The notes under the pieces are model-generated. The model was given only the letters and a program-made list of their open reading frames with translations, was not told the origin of the DNA and searched no databases. A program made the position numbers and the translations under genes. Positions 58,574-64,000 of a stretch of 64,000 nucleotides of DNA are shown one piece after another. The stretch is from Bordetella parapertussis (GTDB taxonomy: Bacteria > Pseudomonadota > Gammaproteobacteria > Burkholderiales > SG8-39): positions 62,060 to 126,059 of the forward strand of contig CAMDDU010000003.1 of assembly GCA_945892985.1 (NCBI GenBank), read 5' to 3'. Numbering within the stretch: position 1 is the first letter of the stretch; each line of letters opens with the position of its first letter.

Positions 58574-60310
58574 TTGGTCGGGGCGATGCGCTTGCGCTGC
58601 TGCTGGTCCGGCATGATCCGTTTTCGCACATTCCAGAGCCGGGTCGTTTTCTTCTTTCTCGGATTGTTGTCTCTGGTTCAATTGGTGGTCTTCCTGACCG
58701 TCGATATTACCAATGCCCGATACGCAAAACGGCAGATCGAGGTGGCGTTGGAACTTGGCGTGGTCGGGCTTAACCGGTTGATCGAAATCCGAACCGAGCA
58801 ACTGTCCCAGACGGTGAGAATGCTTGCGGCCGATCAGGCTTTCAGGGCAGCCATGGGCGGTGCTGACGAGAATGCCGCGCGCACAATCCTGCAAGCCTAT
58901 CGCGAACGTGTTCGCGCCGATATGTTGATGTTGACCCTTCCGGCGAAGGGCTTGTCCGGCAGAGGCATTGTCCCGGAACTCGATGCCGTGTTACGGAGTG
59001 CCGAGAAAGGCGAACGTGCCTGGGCCGTCGTTACGATTGATCAGATTACCTACCAGGTCCTGGTTCAGCCAATCGAAGCGCCGGGAAGACTGTCATGGGT
59101 GGTGGCCGGCTTCAAAGTAGGTGATGAACTCGCGCGCGAGCTTGGGCAGTTCACGAAACTTGATATTTCGTTTGTGCAGACGGATTCTACGGGGGCATCA
59201 GCGATCCTCGCGACATCACTCGCTCCGCCGCAGCGAGCAGGACTTGCCACGGCGGTCTCTGCCATTGCCGCCGGGGCGGACCGCATCATCGAGTTCAGTA
59301 TCGCCGGCGAGGACTATCTCAATCTTGCCACGCCCATCGGGGTGCGCGGAGAAAAACCGGTGAGCGTGATTATGCAGCGTTCCCTCGGGCAGGAGTTAAA
59401 ACCCTTTCAGCAGTTGCGTGCAGCCGTCTTCGTGCTTTCCTGCGGTGGCCTTGTTCTTTCGCTGTTCGGCGCGTTCTACATCGCCCGGAGCGTGACTGAG
59501 CCGGTGAGGGCATTGGCCCGTGCCGCTCGCAGTGTCGAGACGGGAAATTACGACCAAGCCGTGGAAGTGGCGCAGCAGGACGAACTTGGAGATCTCGCGG
59601 CAAGCTTCAACCGCATGACGCGCGGCCTGGCGGAGCGGGACAAGGTGCGAAATCTCCTTGGCAAGGTTGTCTCGCATGCCATTGCGGAAAAACTTTTGTC
59701 ACAGGACGTTATGCTGGGTGGCGAAGAGCGCGAGGTCACCGTGATGTTCGCGGATTTGCGCGGGTTTACCTCTTTTTGCGAGAAGCAACCGGCACAAGAT
59801 GTGGTTGCCGTACTCAATTTATACCTGACGCGCATCAGCGAAATCATCGAGGCCAACAACGGTGTGGTGGACAAATATCTGGGCGATGGGGTGATGGCCT
59901 TGTTCGGGGCGCCGGTCTCATATGATGATGATTGTGGCAATGCGCTCAGGGCATCGCTGCAAATCCGCAATGCGCTCGCTGAAATGAATCTGGCGATTCA
60001 GACGCGGGGAATGCCCTCGCTTGATTTGGGCATCGGGGTGAACACGGCGATGGTGGTGGCTGGCAACATGGGCAGTCCGTCCCGGCTCAACTACACGGTT
60101 GTCGGCGACGGTGTGAACCTTGCGGCGAGGCTGCAGGCCCTGGCAAAGGACGGTGTTTTCGGTATGGGGGTGATTACCACTGAGGCGACCCTCAGCCGCT
60201 CCAGGCGCCGCTTCGACACGCGGTTTTTGGGTGAGGTCGATGTGCGCGGCAAGAGTGCGCAGGTGACTGTTTATTCGGTTTTGGCGGAATCGGCTACGCC
60301 TGAGGCGTGA
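58574..60310 (+). CDS. membrane sensor adenylate/guanylate cyclase (periplasmic domain - HAMP - class III cyclase)
   Basis: Two TM segments flank a ~250-aa periplasmic region; HAMP (ELGDLAASFNRMTRGLAERD); cyclase core VTVMFADLRGFTSF...KYLGDGVMALFGAP. The start may be ATG 58613. Confidence 0.75.
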   Translation: MVGAMRLRCCWSGMIRFRTFQSRVVFFFLGLLSLVQLVVFLTVDITNARYAKRQIEVALELGVVGLNRLIEIRTEQLSQTVRMLAADQAFRAAMGGADENAARTILQAYRERVRADMLMLTLPAKGLSGRGIVPELDAVLRSAEKGERAWAVVTIDQITYQVLVQPIEAPGRLSWVVAGFKVGDELARELGQFTKLDISFVQTDSTGASAILATSLAPPQRAGLATAVSAIAAGADRIIEFSIAGEDYLNLATPIGVRGEKPVSVIMQRSLGQELKPFQQLRAAVFVLSCGGLVLSLFGAFYIARSVTEPVRALARAARSVETGNYDQAVEVAQQDELGDLAASFNRMTRGLAERDKVRNLLGKVVSHAIAEKLLSQDVMLGGEEREVTVMFADLRGFTSFCEKQPAQDVVAVLNLYLTRISEIIEANNGVVDKYLGDGVMALFGAPVSYDDDCGNALRASLQIRNALAEMNLAIQTRGMPSLDLGIGVNTAMVVAGNMGSPSRLNYTVVGDGVNLAARLQALAKDGVFGMGVITTEATLSRSRRRFDTRFLGEVDVRGKSAQVTVYSVLAESATPEA

Positions 60311-60313
60311 TGC

Positions 60314-61609
60314 TTAGTGCTTTTCGATCCCGATGAGGTGCATCGAATCGCCCTGCTTTTGATTAGATGCATGCCGTTTCATGATCAGCCACATCGTCGT
60401 TGATACCGACAGTCCGAACAGGATGATAATGGTGTTGATGTGAAAGTTGTATTTGATCATCAGGGCGTAGAGTGCAAGCATGAAGAGGATGTTCAGATTC
60501 TCGTTAAAATTCTGCACCGCAATGGAGTGCCCCGCGGATAGCAGCACGTGGCCGCGGTGTTGCAGCAGGGCGTTCATTGGCACGACAAAAAAACCGGCTA
60601 CTGCGCCGATCAGAACAAGCAGGAAGTAAACCAGCGGCATCCAGGTCACGAAAATCAGGATACAGACAAAAAATCCCATGATGATACCGAGTGGCAGCAC
60701 GGACAGGGATCGGCGTAGCGGCACAAAGCGCCCGGCTAATATGGCGCCGATCGCGATACCTACGGCCACAACCCCCTGCAAAATCGCGCCTCGATCCAGA
60801 GGCAGGTGCAGATGGCTTTCGGCCCATTTGAGCACAATGAACTGCAGGGTCGCGCCGGCGCCCCAGAACAGGGTGGTTACCGCGAGCGAAATCTGCCCGA
60901 GCTTGTCGCGCCAGAGTACGGTCAGGCATCCGGCAAAATCGCGTATCAGAATCAGCGGATTGGTTTGCTGTTTGGGGTAGCGCGCACCGGTGTCGGGTAT
61001 ATGCAGGTTGACTGCTGCCGCCAACAGGTACATGACCGCGATGATCAACAGCGCGGCCTCGTGCGGTGTGTTGACGCCGGTATCGATAAACGGGAAATCG
61101 ATAGAGAGCAACATGGCGGCAATTTTAGGGCTGATCAACATGCCCCCCATCATGGTGCCAAGAATGATGGAGGCGACCGTCAGTCCTTCGATCCAGCCGT
61201 TGGCGACAACCAGTTGTTGCGGCGGCAGCATTTCGGTGAGGATGCCGTATTTTGCCGGCGAATAGGCTGCGGCACCCAAGCCGACGACTGCGTAGGCAAG
61301 GAGTACGGTGAGATGCTCAGGAATCCCGGCGGGAGTGATTTCCTGGGTGAAAAAGAGCAGGCAACAGCCGACAATTTTGATCGTATTCGTAAAGAACATG
61401 ACGCGCCCCTTCGGGAGCGCGTCGGCGAAGGCGCCGACGAACGCAGCGAGGACGACATAAGACACAGTGAAGAAGAACTTGAGCAGGGGCGTCATCCACG
61501 CCGGGCCTTTGAGTTCTATCAGCAGGGCGATTGAAGCGATCAACAACGCATTGTCGGCAAGCGAGGAGAAAAACTGTGCCCCCATCACGGTGTAAAAGCC
61601 GCGCTTCAT
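60314..61609 (-). CDS. lplT: lysophospholipid transporter LplT (MFS)
   Basis: MKRGFYTVMGAQFFSSLADNALLIA... and 12 helices, LplT-like N-terminus. Confidence 0.7.
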   Translation of the reverse strand: MKRGFYTVMGAQFFSSLADNALLIASIALLIELKGPAWMTPLLKFFFTVSYVVLAAFVGAFADALPKGRVMFFTNTIKIVGCCLLFFTQEITPAGIPEHLTVLLAYAVVGLGAAAYSPAKYGILTEMLPPQQLVVANGWIEGLTVASIILGTMMGGMLISPKIAAMLLSIDFPFIDTGVNTPHEAALLIIAVMYLLAAAVNLHIPDTGARYPKQQTNPLILIRDFAGCLTVLWRDKLGQISLAVTTLFWGAGATLQFIVLKWAESHLHLPLDRGAILQGVVAVGIAIGAILAGRFVPLRRSLSVLPLGIIMGFFVCILIFVTWMPLVYFLLVLIGAVAGFFVVPMNALLQHRGHVLLSAGHSIAVQNFNENLNILFMLALYALMIKYNFHINTIIILFGLSVSTTMWLIMKRHASNQKQGDSMHLIGIEKH

Positions 61610-61936
61610 CGATCCGTTGGTTCCGTATTAAGTTTCGTGATTGGGAGGATAAGTGCGCGGGAGACGGGCCCGCTGCCCGGCTTGAGAGCCTTTAGCTGTT
61701 CCGAATCCGTCAAAACCCCAAACTCGGTGTTGCCGCGCCGGCACCTTGCGGTGCTTGTCATGCTTGCTTTCCTTTGTTGCGTCAACTGCCAAAATCGCAG
61801 CGTGGCGATTTATACCACGAAAAACCGGCTCCAGTTGTAGTCTGCCGCTAGTGATTAAGCGGTGCCACCTCTCGTATAATGTGAGGGGATATGTTACGAA
61901 ACACGGGTGTCACCATTCACGCTCCAAGCCCAGTCC

Positions 61937-63034
61937 ATGCCCCGTCCAATACGCGCAAGCTTTAATTTGTCGTCCTTCGGTCACAATCTGGCCGTGGTGC
62001 GCCGGTGCGCGCCGCGAGCCCGGATCTGGGCGGTGGTCAAGGCCGGTGGATATGGGCATTCACTTATGCGTGCGGCGCGCTCCATGGCCACGGCCGACGG
62101 CTACGCACTGCTCGATCTGGACGAAGCCGTCAGGTTGCGTGAGTCGGGTACGAAAAAGCCTATTCTTTTACTTGAGGGGCTCTTCGACGAGCGGGATCTT
62201 GCTGTGGCCGCAAGCCATGACCTCACGGTGGTGGTGCATGAGCGGGGGCAGGTTGCGATGCTGGAAAAAGCCGCAGTGTTACGAAAAATCCCGGTTTATC
62301 TGAAGCTGAACAGCGGCATGAACCGGCTTGGGTTTGTCTTGGCTGACGTATCTCGCATGTTCTCGCGCCTGGGCGAGTGTTCCGCGGTGTCGCAGATTAC
62401 GCTCATGAGCCACTTTGCCGATGCGGACGGCACAAGCGGCGTGGATTGGCAGTTGAACGCCCTGGCTGCCGCGACAAAGGATTTTGCCGCTCCGCGCAGC
62501 TTTGCCAATTCGGCTGCCATCCTGCGCCATCCGGCAACGCACGCCGACTGGGTGCGCCCGGGAATAATGCTCTACGGTTGCTCTCCGTTTGCCGATCGGA
62601 GCGCAGCAGATCTCGGGCTCCGGCCGGTCATGACCTTGTCCAGTGAAATCATTGCTGTGCAGCAATTGTGCAAGGGCGACACGGTTGGCTACGGCAGGAC
62701 ATTTAGGGCTGAGCGGTCCATGCGCATTGGTGTGGTGGCCTGCGGCTATGCCGACGGGTATCCGCGACATGCACCAAGCGGCACGCCGATATTGGTGGAT
62801 GGAGCACGAAGCGGGACGGTGGGCAGCGTCTCCATGGACATGTTGTGCGTTGATCTGACCGATCTTCCGGGTGCCGGCATCGGGTCTGGCGTGACGCTGT
62901 GGGGTGAGGGTTTGCCCGCCGACGAAGTTGCCATGGCATCCGGGACGATTAGTTATGAATTACTGTGCGCTCTGGCTGCGCGGGTTCCCCAAATTGAAGT
63001 TCAGTCTGCCGGTAAAAATGATGGCGAAGCCTAA
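61937..63034 (+). CDS. alr: alanine racemase
   Basis: The start is taken at MPRPIRASFNLSSFGHNLAVVRR. PLP-lysine region AVVKAGGYGHS; the C-terminus has SMDMLCVDLT and ISYELLCAL. Confidence 0.85.
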   Translation: MPRPIRASFNLSSFGHNLAVVRRCAPRARIWAVVKAGGYGHSLMRAARSMATADGYALLDLDEAVRLRESGTKKPILLLEGLFDERDLAVAASHDLTVVVHERGQVAMLEKAAVLRKIPVYLKLNSGMNRLGFVLADVSRMFSRLGECSAVSQITLMSHFADADGTSGVDWQLNALAAATKDFAAPRSFANSAAILRHPATHADWVRPGIMLYGCSPFADRSAADLGLRPVMTLSSEIIAVQQLCKGDTVGYGRTFRAERSMRIGVVACGYADGYPRHAPSGTPILVDGARSGTVGSVSMDMLCVDLTDLPGAGIGSGVTLWGEGLPADEVAMASGTISYELLCALAARVPQIEVQSAGKNDGEA

Positions 63035-64000
63035 GTCTGTCTACAGTTGCACCGAGTGCGGCGCAACCGCACCGAAGTGGCAGGGGCAATGTCCCGGGTG
63101 CGGCGCCTGGAATACATTGGTGGAAAGCGTGGCCGAGTCGGCTGCCAGCACGCAGCACCGTTACAGCGGTCTGGCCAAACCGGCGCAGTTGCAGCCTCTG
63201 TCCGAAGTGCGCGCCAAGGAACTTCCGCGTGTTCCAACCGGAATAGGTGAATTCGACCGGGTTCTGGGGGGCGGACTGGTTGCCGGACAGGTTGTGCTCA
63301 TAGGAGGCGATCCGGGCGTGGGGAAATCGACGCTGCTGCTGCAAGCCCTGGCGCAGATGTCGCAGTCGCAGCACGTGGTTTACGTGAGCGGGGAGGAGTC
63401 AGCCGAACAGATCGCGATGCGCGCTTCTCGACTCGATATCGACGCTGGGAGGCTAGACCTGTTGGCAGAAATCCAGTTGGAGAAAATTTTCTCGGCGCTG
63501 CAGGATGCCAAGCCCCAATTCGCCGTGATCGATTCGATCCAGACCGTCTACTCAGATGCACTGAGCTCGGCACCCGGGTCGGTGGCGCAGGTGCGCGAAT
63601 GTGCCGCGCAACTCACCCGGCTGGCCAAAAGCATTGGCATAACTATCATCCTTGTGGGGCACGTAACCAAAGAGGGCGCGCTTGCCGGGCCGCGTGTGCT
63701 TGAGCATATTGTGGACACCGTGCTTTACTTTGAGGGCGATACCCATCAGAGCTTCCGGCTCATCCGCGCAATCAAGAATCGTTTTGGCGCGGTGAATGAA
63801 CTCGGCGTGTTTGCAATGACGGAAAAGGGGCTGAAGGGGGTTTCCAATCCATCGGCCATTTTTCTATCCCAGCACGCCGAGCCGGTAGCCGGTTCCTGTG
63901 TCCTGGTGACGCAGGAAGGGACACGGCCGCTGTTGGTTGAGGTACAAGCGCTCGTGGATACGGCGCACGCCCCCAATCCACGCCGGCTTTCGGTGGGGCT
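63021..64000 (+). CDS. radA: DNA repair protein RadA/Sms, N-terminal ~326 codons (continues beyond the window)
   Basis: Not in the ORF track (no stop in the window). My translation is MAKPKSVYSCTECGATAPKWQGQCPGCGAWNTL (zinc finger), then Walker A GGDPGVGKSTLLLQ and KNRFG. The start overlaps the alr end. Confidence 0.9.
   Translation, partial: MAKPKSVYSCTECGATAPKWQGQCPGCGAWNTLVESVAESAASTQHRYSGLAKPAQLQPLSEVRAKELPRVPTGIGEFDRVLGGGLVAGQVVLIGGDPGVGKSTLLLQALAQMSQSQHVVYVSGEESAEQIAMRASRLDIDAGRLDLLAEIQLEKIFSALQDAKPQFAVIDSIQTVYSDALSSAPGSVAQVRECAAQLTRLAKSIGITIILVGHVTKEGALAGPRVLEHIVDTVLYFEGDTHQSFRLIRAIKNRFGAVNELGVFAMTEKGLKGVSNPSAIFLSQHAEPVAGSCVLVTQEGTRPLLVEVQALVDTAHAPNPRRLSVG

Overview
High-GC chromosomal segment that looks betaproteobacterial. 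The taxon is inference from three Bug/TctC-type binding proteins, the gltX-tRNA-Ala-tRNA-Glu arrangement and the tsaB-rimI-udg trio. About 60 protein genes are callable. Most long extra ORFs in the track are antisense shadow ORFs typical of GC-rich DNA. Main blocks: (1) 0-16.6 kb holds mixed oxidoreductases, OMPLA, a TetR/LVIVD pair, a COG0523 GTPase and a DUF47-PiT phosphate operon. (2) 16.7-28.7 kb is a large 2-aminoethylphosphonate locus using the PhnW-PhnY-PhnA route. It has phnCDE, a GntR regulator and four accessory genes: an Fe-ADH, a Na/Pi-cotransporter-family protein, a PhnZ-like HD protein and an EamA transporter. (3) gltX and two tRNAs are followed by an ~18 kb compositionally mosaic accessory region (30.5-48.4 kb). 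It ends at an IS21-family remnant and carries an uncharacterised catabolic module: TauD-type dioxygenase, family III CoA-transferase, ABC importer, apparently Cys-less thiolase-like protein plus DUF35, and an amidohydrolase. (4) 48.5-64 kb is mostly core: paaGI, argD, a tartrate dehydrogenase family gene, tsaB, rimI, udg, an adenylate cyclase, lplT, alr and radA. Structural oddities: a frameshifted GDCCVxC gene at an A7 run; a 298-nt tandem duplication carrying a 129-nt hairpin element between two convergent genes; tandem direct repeats, a perfect palindrome and a Pho-box-like site in the phn control region; and a promoter-plus-terminator unit upstream of argD that could be an sRNA or an attenuating leader. 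I saw no CRISPR array, no rRNA, no intact transposase or integrase and no recognisable defence system. The most plausible undescribed biology is metabolic (items 2 and 3), and all functional proposals there are inference.
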